Below, piece by piece: positions 27,721 through 40,589 of a stretch of DNA of 64,000 nt (position 1 is its first letter; the number at the start of each line of letters is the position of its first letter). The notes under the pieces were generated by a model. It saw nothing but the letters and a program-made list of their open reading frames with translations. It searched no databases and was not told the DNA's origin. The translations under genes were made by a program, and so were the position numbers. This DNA is from Glaucostegus cemiculus (lineage: Eukaryota). The stretch is taken from positions 1,116,001 through 1,180,000 of the forward strand of contig CDPCPM010000021.1 of assembly GCA_976551045.1 (NCBI GenBank), in the 5' to 3' direction.

Positions 27721-28074
27721 AAGATCAGGTGTTGCTTTTCAAACACTATTTCTTGTCTCCGGCTCTTTTCTGCTGATAGAAACACCTTCTTTTTCCCTCC
27801 CCAACCACAATCTTCTCTAGGATAGAAATTTGCCCCCAGTCACTTGCAGTGAACATGCTTCCAAAGTTCAGTTCCATTTAAATCAATGGAATGAAACATC
27901 AAAAATTCAAAGCACCACCCAACCATGATTATATAGCATGTTTGCAAGCAAATGAGAACAAATTTCATGTGCAAAGGGTAAACCTCCTAAGTATGTGGCA
28001 AGTTTAACAAAGCACACAGCACAACAACCTGTACGGATTAGACAATCCTGGAATATTACTGAAAAATAAGTATC

Positions 28075-28170
28075 AGCTCTGATACAAGATCATTAACATG
28101 AAGTACTAATCTTGTCTCTCTCTCCACACATGCTGCCTGACTTGCTGGATTTTTCCAGCATTTTCTAGGT
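28075..28170 (+). mobile_element. Penelope-like terminus, strongly decayed
   Basis: ctctccacacatgctgcctgacttgctggatttttccagcattttct is shared with the other termini. Confidence 0.6.
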
Positions 28171-31100
28171 TCATTGAAAAAGCAAAATATGGAAACGCAG
28201 ATTTGAATTTGTGAAAGGGAAAGTTGGAGCTGGTGGCAGACAATGCGATGTACAATGTGGGATTAACAGATGGAATGGATTTCCAGGTGGAATATTGAAG
28301 CTAAAACCAGCAACCCATCATTTCAGAAACAATCAGATGTTACAGTGGGGGTAGGGGTAAGTGGAAGGTCATTCTGGATGAATGAACTAAGAGAGGCAAA
28401 ATGACCTTCCTCATCCAATTTAATCTTGTGATATGAATTTAAGCTCCCAGGGGTGACAGAATAGTGTCCCTAGGGAGACATTAACCTAAAAAAAAATGAA
28501 ACCCAAAGGGTTAAAGCCCCCATTACAATAACAGGCTGAGGAATGTCAAATGAACTCATCAAGCATTTGTTCCCTAATGTCACCAGCAGTAATATGTAAT
28601 CTTAGAGCTTCAGTACGGACACGAGCGGAATCAGGAAACATCTGTATGAGGTCAGGGGATTCAGAAACTGACTGATCAATCATTCAAATACAATTCCTAT
28701 TATATTTTAAATAAATTTTATTCCAAAGGCTATACTTCAAAAAGCTGGAAGAATTTATTTTTAGCAGGATGTTGTACAGGATTTTAAAGACTTGGGCTCT
28801 GTAGCTGAAGCAGCAAACATTCCACTGTGGAGGATCTCAGGCTGAATTTGTTGGTTTGTTTTCTCCATTCTGATCCTCCTCTAATTCTGCGACCCATTTT
28901 TAAACAAAAATACATGGGCTGCTTTGCACATTGACCAGCTTCATTTTATAATCTATCTGAGACTCACAAAGCCAGATGCCAGACCTCAACCCATCTCTTG
29001 CTTTACTGTGTCTGACCCTGGAGACATTTGTGATGATTCAAGTCAAACTCAACCAGGGCTCACCTCCTGCCTCCCTGCTGTTTTATCACCAGATTGAAAT
29101 CATACATCCATATAACCCAATAGCCTTTCTCCTGGGTGCTAGTTTCAAAAATGGGGCAGTGTAATCCAACTGAGAAGATGGATCTGACCCACACAGTTCT
29201 TCCAGCTATCCATTTGGAAGCAATCTCTTGCATGAGACTTGGAAAAAAAAATCTTCAAAGCCAGCATACTGTGTACAAATAAAAGAACCTAACCAAGGCT
29301 ATTCAGTATGTTCTTTTTAATGACAGGAATTTATTATATTATAAGGAAACCTTCATCTTGTTATACAATATCAGCAAATTAAAATAGATTTTTGGATGAA
29401 GGGTGAATAAAACCAATTTCAAGACCATGCTGTTTGACGATTTAATTTTGGTCTCTCACTGCTTACTCCTCTTCTACTGCCTGACACAAAGTAAAATTCA
29501 ATACTTCAAGGACTATAATAACATATCTGAAAGTCTCAACAGACTGTAGTATATAGCCCTGGGTGCATGCACATTATTATAAGGAGAGATTTGTGCGGCT
29601 TCTCGAATAATTTTCTTAAGAGAGTGGTGTTCATCCTAGCACAATGGAACACGCATAATTTGCATGTGCTAGACGTATAAAAAGATGCTTTTCATTGTTA
29701 GTCTCAATATCTCCGTTTCGTTTTCTACTAATTGAAGGTTGGGGCAAAAATCCCTGAAGGTCAGTAAATTCATTATCAAGCCACTGGATGATTTGCAAAG
29801 TCAGATGTGTATTAATTTTGGGATCTTGCATAATACTGTAATGGTACAGTATACACAGTCCTGGTATTTCCCATCCACATCCAAACCCCGAACCACCCCA
29901 AGCATCCAGTTGCTCATTCTAACCTCCTTGGGACACACCAAAAGGCCTGCTGTGAGGCTGGCAGATCAAAATGAACTTTGCCAATGGAGCAAGCAGCCAG
30001 TGAGCTGTAACAGGTGTCTGTGGCTCACCATGAATATGTACATGAGGTCTGAGAAGCAATTCATGACAAACCTCAGGGCTTGGTTTGGATGTGAGCTGCC
30101 TCAGGAGGGCTGTGCCTGATTCTAAAAGCACCCTACCTTAAAGTCAGGTGTGAACTATATTTGATATTGTTTATTTTCTTTTGGGAGTCTTACACTCTGC
30201 TTGATTGGGTTGTGGGTTGGGTAGGAATGGTGGGGTAAAGGCTTAACGGGCATGAAAAAATTTGCTGATGACACTGTTCTCGATTCTGGCAAAGCAACAA
30301 GCTATATCTCTAACTGAGATATATGCTACACCATAGTGAGGTACAGTGGTGGGGGTGGGGGGGGGTAAGGCAGTGGTTGTTAGTATTGGCTGGAGTGCGA
30401 GGCAAGGTGGGCTGTTTGCTGCCTATTTTTCTTTTTATCTATTGTGTTTATGGAATGTGTTTTTCGACAATCACCATCATGTAACTTAACATCCAAATGT
30501 GAATCCTTAGACATCTGCTCTGTCTTGTCTTTCGTAACAGGAGACATGGTTAGACCCAAGTCATTCAGAACAGATCGCCTTCAAATGCACTGACTATGCC
30601 AACACTTATTTTATTAACTTTCCCAGGTAAACTCCTTGGATAAGCAAATTCATGAATTTAATTTGATTATTCGAGGCCTATTAACATAAAGCAAAGCTGC
30701 AAGATCTATTTTTCAGTTCTGAAGCATACACAGCACACATTCAAAGCATCACCTTTTTGCTCAGTGTTAATCAGATGGGCTCCATTCTAATCAACCATAA
30801 AAACTACCGTAACACTTCACAGACCCCATGATTCAAATAAAGTTTTCCTCTTGTCACCCCATTCAAAAATCCTCTTGGATCTTGCTTGGATATAATAGGC
30901 TTACTGGCAAATCCTCTGAATCTCAGAAGACAAGCTAACTATTGGAGGGTTATTTCTATGTCTTAAAGGATCGGTGCAGCAAATTTCAAAATCTTATTAG
31001 TTTTGCTCATTTGGAACATTCACCATTGGCTGTTAAAGAGCAAAATATGTTTTGACAAAGCTTTACAGGAAACAATAAGAATCAGTTGAAATTATCTGTA

Positions 31101-32754
31101 TTTCAGTGTAATTTGTATCTGCCTAACTGTAATGTAATAACTGTTTAGAAGAATAAAGTAATGCCCTGGACAATGCAGATACTTCTGTCATTCATTATAA
31201 GATCTTTTGGTGAAGTAAGGAAGATGTGGCTACAAGCACTTGTCCTGCTGATTCTGAGAGTCAATGGAACAATTAGAGGCTGCTCCTCCCTGCTATCACA
31301 ACACATATGCAAGCATAAGCAGCAGGCTGCCAAAACGAAATTGTGATACAAGTACACTCAACTTGTCTCACATTTTCTATTGGTCCTTTAGGGTTTTCAT
31401 TTTCACACCAGCTGATGGAGTCCAAGTGGGATGGGCTGATGGGGTGTAGATCAATACATTAAGATATGGAGATTGATCAATTCCCTCAGTGACCACATTA
31501 ACAGAGTCCTAAATGTGAACTCTGACCAGTGGAATGGCTTAAATTCTATTCAACCTCACCATTTTCAAAATAAGAGTAATGCAGGTCAAAGGTCTCTGTT
31601 TCCTATTAATTAGTGTGGTTTTCCTTTGGGAGACTAACTGTACAGCTAAATAACCCTGCTTGTCAATAGCACAATCTGCATTCATGTACAAATTTTCAGC
31701 CTGCAAGTACTTCCTCATACATGTGTCACATGCATCTTGAAAATCTGCACTGGGAAAAAAATGTTTATGCACCAAAGAGCCTGCATTACTCTATTTTAAA
31801 ATTATGAAATGGAGAAACTACAGTTCATTAACTGGCTAAAGTGCAGCTTGACTGATGAAACTCTGCAATGTAGGTCCCTAATGAACTGTGTCTGAACATT
31901 TTCCATGCACTTGCCTGTTTTATGTTTAATGACCAATGGACAGTTTCATAAATTAACTATTGCTGATCAGAAATCTGATGTGCTGGAAGCAGTCACTGCT
32001 ACCCTTACAAAAATGTCATGTCAGCATCTGTACTGAACATTTACCAAACAGGTTCTTAGTCTTGATGAGAAACTCATTTTGATGCCAATAAATGTGGAAC
32101 CACAAACTTCTTTATCTCACTTATTGATTTTCTTTTTTAAGCACTCAGTAGGTGATGGGAATATTGAAACATTGGTATATCAGTGCTGGGAATATGAAAA
32201 TATTGATATATTGACCATAAGAAAAATCAATGATCTATGTTAATTCAGCACGATATGGCTACAAATCTGTTGAAGATGAAGTAATCATTGGAATTATCAA
32301 GATTGTGTCAGGAAGGTCAGGCAAATCGATCAATCCTTTTGAAAATCAACATGTAATAAGCACAATATGTGTTTCTCTGCAGCAGTCCTGCAGAGATCTG
32401 GAGCGCGAGACTAGAAGGTATATCAGCACCAAAGTGTAAGTGAAGCTTTTATCCATTGATCCACAATACATCTATGCTGTGCTTCTACATGACTAACGGA
32501 GAAGTATTGTACATTTTGGTATCTGATATGTGAGCTGCAATGTGAGGGGAGAGGCTGTTGAGAGGAGTTTGCGTGTACAGGAGGGAGCTCACTAACGTGC
32601 TTGCTTCATTATTTAACTATTTGAAAGGGGCAGAAATGTATTAACATTGGAGGTACATAATTACCAGATTAGACTTTGTAGTGCATACTGTGGGATAGAA
32701 AATTGCCTAAGATACCATCCATCCTTACACTGAAGTCAAGCAAACTGAATATCA

Positions 32755-32998
32755 GGTAGAAATCAACAAGAAAACTACAGATGCTGGAAACTCAAAATGA
32801 AAACAGAAAACGTTGGGAACACTGATGAGGTCAGGCAGCATCTGTGAAAATTGAAAAAGTTAACATTATGGATCAGGAGTTCTTCATCAGATGTTCTGTT
32901 CGGATGAATGGTCCCAGACCTGAAACATTAACTGTTTCACTTTCCACAGATGCTGCCTGACCTGTTGAATGTTTCCAGCACTTCTCTATTTTTATTTC
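32755..32998. mobile_element. Foldback (head-to-head) pair of Penelope-like termini, each with a hammerhead remnant
   Basis: Left ggtcaggcagcatctgtgaaaa pairs with right tttccacagatgctgcctgacc. The right arm 32898-32932 reads gtt CGGATGA A TGGTC cca GACCT GAAA CATT aac. Possible TSD aatatca at 32748-32754 and 32999-33005. Confidence 0.8.
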
Positions 32999-34524
32999 AA
33001 TATCATCTTCACCCATTTTGCATTCCTTTCTGAGACAAATTAAAATTCATCCCTTGGCTACACCGATATCACGTTTTGATACTTCCTAATTTTTTTGTGC
33101 TGATAACCCAAGTATAAGAGTTTTCTACAAATCACTTTACCAGATGTTTCAGAATGAGAAGCTACTACCATTTTAAAAGCTGTATGAGACCTCTAGCTTT
33201 CATATAATTATTAAGCGTCAAGCAACCAGTGCAATAAGAACAGAAAGCATACCTTCTCAGTTTAGGGAAATCACAAACTCCTCCTTTCAGCAGCATAAAG
33301 ATGCTGACAATTTACACAAAATCAAACTTCTTTCATTTGCATTCCAACAATTTTAGGCAAATACAACCAATTAGACCTAGAATAACTCACCTCAATCTTC
33401 ATTTAATGACCCATTAAAACTGTTCTGCTGTACTGACAAGCTGGATTTACAAAGTAGCTACACAAAGTTATTTGATTTGTGCCACTTCTGAAATACAGTC
33501 TCTGGGCAGATCATGGAAAAGGAACTAATAATGATAAGTACATGGTCATGAAAACAAATGTTCAGCAATAAAATCAAAGGCAGACTTCAACAGATACCTG
33601 ATAACTAATATTGATAATCACCATTGACATTTCAATGACTCCAGTCTTACTAACATTTAATTAAAGGACTCTAATTAGTTCAGCAAAACAGGAGCATTTA
33701 CAAGATTATCTCTGACTTGTATATAAATGAATGTGGCACATATTATGGTTGGGGAGGTACTGCAGTTGTGACTAATATTCAGTAATGAGCAGCATAAAAA
33801 AGGTCTGGTGGATCGCAGTCAGCAACAGACGTGCCATCAGATGACACCTCTGTTTTATGCCAAGGTTTTGTGCCTCATCAAAGCAGCATGTGCATGAACT
33901 GCTCCCTCCTTGCTGCTAGCATTTTTTGTTTATGCAATTCTGCAGTGAGAATGAAAGCCCTAAATCTATCCTTTTAACACAGTCACCCCACACAGGGCAC
34001 AACACACATTTCCTTCCTACTGTCTGTATCTGAGCTACATCACAGACTTCTGGTCTCCTGCCTGCAAGTCTAACCTCAGCTCTTTGAAGACCCTGGGTGA
34101 CAGGGTGGAACTGAATAAAGGATGAGTGCTCAGTAAAGCAGATGGAGGAGTGGTGGATCCTTAACAACAGCAGTGATATAGGGATCTCTTGGCCGTCACT
34201 TTGACAAGCTAACAAACACTAACCCAACAAAAAGGTTCATTTGATGCTTCCTTCTCAGTGCAGTTGGAGAAACGTTTGGTCTTACAATGAATAGTACTGT
34301 GAGGGTCATCAATCGGTACCCAATGAAAGAAAATCCATACAGCCTACTGTACATCTTCTGCACTGCCTGTGTCAAGCACAGAGCAAACCATTTTGTAGTG
34401 TTCAATTGATTTGTTTTTTTTCCCCTGTAGAGAGGCATTCTTCATCAATGGATTTCCGCTTGCGAGACAGAATTTCCGGTGCCTAAACTACTGCTGGAAG
34501 TATGATCAAAAACAGTATCAAAAT

Positions 34525-34888
34525 GCATTCATTCCCTCCACCACTGGCATACCATGGCTGCAGTGTGCATCATCTACAAAATGCTCTATATTTAATCAGG
34601 AAGCACCTCCCAAAAACCCCAGGACCTCTGTTACCATGAAGAGCAAGAGCATGGGGACATCACCACCTGCAGGCTCCCTTTCAAGTCTAATGCCATTCTG
34701 ATTTGGAAATTCATCCGAATCTAACTCCCTTAACTTTCTACTCAATATACTGGAAGTAGATTCACTGGAAGAACTGCAGCGGTTCAAATAGGTGGCTTAC
34801 CACCACCCTCTCAAAAGTGGTTAGGGATTGGTAATAAATCTTGGCCTTGCAGTCAATGCCCATATCCCAATAATGAATTTAAAAAAGG
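34525..34888 (+). mobile_element. 3' end of the second LINE family (same as 18452-19445)
   Basis: attccctccaccactggcatacc..gaactgcagcggttcaaataggtggcttaccaccaccctctc..ttagggattggtaataaatcttggccttgcagtcaatgcccatatcccaataatgaatttaaaaaa. Confidence 0.8.
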
Positions 34889-35309
34889 AGGATGAATGAA
34901 TTGAAAATGGTTGGAAAGCGGTGAGCATGTTTTCTTTGCTTTTAAAGGGCGTTACAAAAGTGCAATCAGCGAAAGCAATTTTGAGTGCTTGGCCAGGATT
35001 TTGTAGGCAGGGGAGAAGTGATGGGTCTTGCCACTAACATTGGAGAAAGCTGCCAAAAAGGATCTCATGATCTCAGTGGTATTGGCTTCCCCTTCCCTAT
35101 GTCTCTGCTGCCAGGTCAAAATGGATCACTGGCATTCAACAACAATGATGTCATCAGCTGGGCTGAGCAGCAAACCACACTGAGACACCAAGCTGTGAAG
35201 TATAAAGCACATTTTTTAGTGACTAAAGCCTGAATATTTTAAGCATCTTATAGTGAATGAAATGAAGTTTGGAGAACATACACATTGATAGAATGACACA
35301 TGAATGATA

Positions 35310-35425
35310 GAAAAATAGGGGGTTATGTGGGAGAGAAGGGTTAGATAGATCTTAGAGCAGGATAAAATGTCGGCACAACATTGTGGGCTGAAGGGCCTGT
35401 ACTGTGCTGTAGTGTTCTATTGTAC
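35310..35425 (+). mobile_element. CR1 3' tail
   Basis: gtcggcacaacattgtgggctgaagggcctgtactgtgctgtagtgttctat matches the tails at 1260-1310 and 52045-52080. Confidence 0.8.
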
Positions 35426-35936
35426 TAAGGTAAAAGATTATATATCGTAAGCAGCTTTCTTAAATAAAAAGGAAATATTTCAAAATCATCCATCATTTCA
35501 ATAATTCTTCATAAGTAACTTTTTAAGATTTATTTTCACTTAAAATTAACTGGTGAAAAAAAAGACTTGATTTTCTCCTAAATTTTTACTGCCATTGCCA
35601 TCACTGGAGTTGCCATCTAATCTTGTTTCTGACTATGACGGTTATTTGGCTCAGGTATGGATTAATTAGATGGTATTTGTGTAAGGGTTACCAATCCTTC
35701 ACAAATTGCTCTGGAGTCATTAGGAATTCAAGATTAATCTCCTGGACACTGCTGCAGTCAAACCTGGGAAGAAAGTCACTGGGGTGTTGAAACAGAATCA
35801 ATGTTTTTGTCAGTTTCTTTGAACAGGTTACTTATTAGTAGTGAAAAGAATTTAGGAATTAAAAAAGGCTCTTTTGGGTGGGGCAGTTGGGAGCGGAGGG
35901 AGGCGAGTCATGTGATAAAAAAATCCAGGTTCATAT

Positions 35937-35974
35937 TCAATCTAAAGTTATCAATGTTGATAACTTTAGATTGA
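35937..35974. repeat. Perfect 18-bp inverted repeat with 2-nt spacer
   Basis: tcaatctaaagttatcaa-tg-ttgataactttagattga. Confidence 0.95.
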
Positions 35975-35979
35975 GGTAG

Positions 35980-36679
35980 CTTTTTCTCAAACATATATTT
36001 TACTCATAATTTGTACAGGACATGTCTTTCTCTACCATCACTTTACCATCAATTCAAAACATTCTGCTGCAATACCTCATGCTTGCTCCTTAAACGATTC
36101 ATTCATGAAGCATTTGAGAATCTGTTCCTGCAGTCCCCTCCCCCTAGCTCAGTGGCAACAGAACCCTCTGTCCTACCCCACAGATCCTTTGCAGTGACTC
36201 CACTGAGCTTCAGTGCATCCTTCGGCATGTACTTCTGCACCTTGGAATGTGCCAATTATTTGCGGACATAAACTTACACTGGAAGACCAAAGCACAGATT
36301 TCACCAAGTTGATAATCTTCCAGCAGCAGTTGGTGTTTGCCGCAGTATTCCTTCTTCAGCCCTTTGCCTCTTCTACCCGTCACCTCTCAGTTTATTACAT
36401 CTTCTCTCCTCCCCCACCCACTAACTTTCACCCCCCTCACCTGCACTTGCCTATCACCTGAACTCACCTATCCCCTCTTTGCCTTGTGTACTCCTCCCCC
36501 TCCCCCCATCTTCTTATTTTGGCTTCTACCCTCTTCCTTTCCAGTCCTGACGAAGGGTCTTGGCCCAAAATGTCAACTGTTTATTTCCCTCCATAGATGC
36601 TGCCTGACCTGAGTTCCTCCAGCAATTTTTGTGCATTGCTCCAGATTCCAGCATCTGCAGAATTTCTTGTGTCTTGTGT
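35980..36679 (+). mobile_element. Penelope-like element remnant with pyrimidine-rich UTR, hammerhead motif and candidate 10-bp TSD
   Basis: attgaggtag at 35970-35979 and 36680-36689; hammerhead-like 36542-36579 cagtc CTGACGA A GGGTC tt GGCCC AAAA TGTC aactg; possible YIG-motif remnant tacactggaagaccaaagcacagatt at 36275-36300. Confidence 0.7.
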
Positions 36680-38772
36680 ATTGAGGTAGTTTTACTCCTT
36701 GTGACAGACAGTCACACAGACATCTCTAGTCTGCTTAGTGGCGAGTTCCCCTGTCATATCCAGGAAAGCACCTTTTGGTAACATGCACTTCTGGAATTCA
36801 AAGTGCTGATTTGTTGCCCACTCAGGAGTAACAATGTTCAGTACCTGCTACATGACGTGACTTTATTGCCTCACACCACGTGACATTCCATTTGTTGCTC
36901 ATGCTAAAGAATCCCTTCCGTTAGACCATTTGTCTCTGAGTTCAGGAGAGACAAATCACCAGTGATGTCATTGGCCGAGACCAATGAGGAACAATGGTAG
37001 CTTTTTATTTTAAATTTGGCACTGCCCAAGGTCCTTCCTTGCCCGTGTCAACTTCAAACTCACTGTTGTTTGTTCATGTAAATGTCTTGTAAGTCAGAAT
37101 TCTTCATCTCATGTACCAAGCTAATACTCCAACATGCTGTCTGTCATCATCCACCCTTTCCTATCCATACTTAGCAATGACCCAACCAACAGAAATGGAC
37201 AGAAAGTATGTACTTCCTTATAAACCACCAAGAAAATGTGTACTGTGTATTACAGAGACATTGATCTGGGGAGAAATCTGGAGATCCACTCAGCCTCTGT
37301 CCCAAGATTTACAGCAATGAAGCCGGGAAACAATAATGAGGCAGTAAAGCTTTATGTTAGTCTGATATTGATCTTGTCATTTAATTATATGGTACTTATA
37401 TAATGTTATACCATAACACCCACTGCAAAAACAAAGTCAGCATTGCCAAGCAATATCAGTGTTGCATGATTAAACTAATTCAGCCAAAGATGAAGAGGAA
37501 ATGCTTCCAAGGCTCTTAAGTTTTTTTTATTAAAAATGTTTGATAACTATTCTGTGAAACTAGGTTAAAGGCAACGTATAAACAGGAACTATTATTGATG
37601 TCAAAATTATCAACTGTCAGACCAACATATGTTCAAAACAGTTTTCTTGGAGTTTCAGGTGGACTTTGAGATTGTTAACCATGATTTTGAGGAAATTAGA
37701 AATGTAGGAATGTTTGTTTGCATTAAGATGGACTGTTGGAATCCAATGGTTAAATTTATATTTAAACAAGGGAGCATACTTTTTGTTGCAAATCTAACGG
37801 TTGGATGGTTTTATTGTAAAAAAACCTATTTTTTCAGTGGCTCATAACAGAGCATGTTGGTCACAAAACAAAAGCAACTGAAGCTTTGGATATAATTGTT
37901 AATCTGGATTTCTGAAGTTCAATTCAATTCTTGGTATCAAGTGTATTCAATCTGTAACTGCAGCAAAACTTGTATAAAATTGAGGCAACGGGTAGAGTAT
38001 TATACACACATTATAGAAAATATGAAGCAGTGATCTAATCAACAGGTTCAGGTATCACCAAAAAGTACAAAACCATGGATTAAATTTGAAATTGGGCCAC
38101 TTGTGTGATAGATGCCAACTAAACGCTCAGGAAAAAGTGAGGATTTGTCTATTCATGTATAAATGTTTTAATAGATAATTAGTCTAAATTCTTCATAACA
38201 ACCTCCTTGTTACTAATATTTTACTTTCATAAGTATAAAGTTACATTGCTTTGAATTTTAATTAATTTTGGAATTTTCTAAAATTCTTTTTCTTTCTAAT
38301 TCTTCATCTCTTTTTTAAATTTTTCTTTGCTCTTTAGACATGATTTGGATTTGAATTAGCTATTTTAATTTACACTTGCTTGACCCTGTGTGCCTCATTG
38401 AGGGCTCTTCAACATGATTGTTGACAAAAGCAGATCCTGTTGACATAGGTCCAGATCTCCTATGGAGGCTGACACAGCATCTGGTTCTCCAACTACCACA
38501 ACTTTGGGCTAAATGTAAATAAAGAGGTTGTGAGCAAGCATGAATCTAATGAATCACTTGCATCCTTTGCCACTGAAATATTTTCAACTTGAATCTGTCT
38601 AAAACAATGTTTAATTAATCATCCAATAACCTAATAGCCTGAATTTTCTATCTGAACACCAACAATTATGGCAGACTGACCTACATTTCTTCATGAATGT
38701 CCTAAAGTTCAGCACTAGCATTGGTTTAAGCTAGTAGTGGCATCTTCCTCAATGCTGCCTGTTGTGCAGGGA

Positions 38773-38796
38773 CAGTCAGCAACATGTTGCTGACTG
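38773..38796. repeat. Perfect 24-bp palindrome
   Basis: cagtcagcaaca|tgttgctgactg. Confidence 0.95.
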
Positions 38797-39274
38797 CTTC
38801 TGTGATGTTTGATAGGGCAGTGCAGATTTCCCAGGTCTCAGGCTGGGAATTCTGATGCTCTCTGTGCCAGATTAAACATGGTACAAGTGAAATCAATATA
38901 ACAAAATGGCTGGCTGGCAAGGGTAAGAAACTTATTTTTTAATTTATTTTTTTTATTTCTTTAAGAGTTTAATTTATTTTTTAAAAATGACAATATTCAT
39001 TTTTTAAATTTATTTATAGTTTCCGTTTGATTTGAAGGTTTGTGAATATCAAAAATATGAAATATTCAATTTAAGTGATGGCTTTGACAGCTGATGAACT
39101 TGGGGCTGGGTCAAGCAGGAAGCCAGCTATCTTGGGGTCAGGGGAACATCTGCCCCCAATATTATTTCATTACACTCTCACTTGCACTACACTTGTTTGT
39201 ACTCGCCATATCTGTCTTGCTGGAAGATCAAAACAAGAATGCCTTTTCTGAAAAGACTGCTCATGTGGTAAAAG

Positions 39275-39410
39275 AAATAAAATCAGAAAATGCTGGGAAC
39301 TTTCAACAGATCAGGGAGGAATAGAGCCAACACTTCAGGTTAGTGTCTTTTCATCAAAGGCAGAATGACAGATCATTAACTTGCAATGCTAACTATTTCT
39401 TTTCACTGCT
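39275..39410. mobile_element. Very decayed foldback pair of Penelope-like termini
   Basis: aaatcagaaaatgctgggaac..acttcaggttagtgtcttttcatca then gatcattaacttgcaatgctaactatttct; same layout as 32755-32998. Confidence 0.5.
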
Positions 39411-39429
39411 TTTCAACAATATGTTGACT

Positions 39430-40560
39430 ACTTTAGCAACAATGTATTATTAAAATATTCAAAGCAGATTTAACATAGTAAAACATTCAGAGGGATTTTG
39501 AAGGAAATAAAATTCCTATGTGTGGAGATATTAGGCCAGACAATAACACCGTGACCATGGAGATCATTTTAAAAGAGAATGGAGAGGTAAAGAGACTAAG
39601 GTTATGGGAGATACAATTTCTGAACTTTGGGCTTTAGCAGCTGAAGGCATAGCCACCAACTGTGGAGTGATTAAATGTGGAGATGCTCAAGAAGCATGAA
39701 TATAAGGAGTTCCAGACAGTCGGAGGGCTTGAAGAGATTCGGGATTTAGAGGGAAGTTCAAGATTTTAAACCAAAATGAGGATTTTTAAATCAAGATGTC
39801 ATTTAGTTGAGATTCATTGTCGGTAAGTGATCACAGGGGTGATGACTGAGTAGGACCTGGAGCTGTTAAGGATAAGAGCAGCAGTTTTGGATAGTGTGTG
39901 GAACAGGAATACATTGGAATATTCGAGCCTTAAGTGACAAAGGAGTGGACAGCGGTTTCAGCAATAGATGAACTAAAGAAAGGGAGAACAAAAGTAATGT
40001 GACAGAGGAAGAAATAGGCATTCTGGGTAACAGTGTTGCTATGTGGTCTAAAATTTACCTAGGGGACAAATATTAGTTCAGTTTCAGAACATTCCCGGAA
40101 GGGGAAATAATATCATTGGCCAGGGAACAGATTTTTGTAATGGGGAAATCAAAGGCAAAGCTCTTGGTCTTCCCAGTCTCTATTTTGGGAAATTTCTGTT
40201 CATCCACCACTTAATATCAGATGAACAATCTGAAAAGGTAGAGATGAGTATCCACATGGAAACTAAGATGACATTCCTGAGAGGTAGCATATGGATGAGG
40301 CCTGGGGTGTCAGGATAGATCCTTGGGGAACACCAGAGGTAACATTATGGGAGTGGATAGAGAAGTGATTGCAGGTGATTCTTCAGTAACACCTGGATAA
40401 ACAGGTGAATGCAGTCCCACCCAGCTGCATAACCGGAGAAGAATGGTGTGTGAAACACGTCAAAGGTTTCAGATAGGTCACAAAGGACAAAGAGGGATTC
40501 ACAATGGATCTCATCAGCGACTGGCAAGAGCCATTACAGTGAAGGAGCAAAAACCTGACT
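39430..40560 (-). mobile_element. L2-clade LINE, degraded
   Basis: Minus translations SLFVLCDLSETFDVFH (LDLSAAFDTVDH motif) and VTSGVPQGSIL (40312-40344); the 3' region resembles the reverse complement of the L2 tails at 52790 and 56555. Confidence 0.85.
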
Positions 40561-40589
40561 GAAAGAATTAATTGACAAGGTTAAAGGGA

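Noticed and set aside
32381-32433. Exon-like segment (tttctctgcag ... gtaagt; QSCRDLERETRRYISTK)
   Set aside because: Ambiguous donor and frame, no recognisable peptide and no convincing partner exon.
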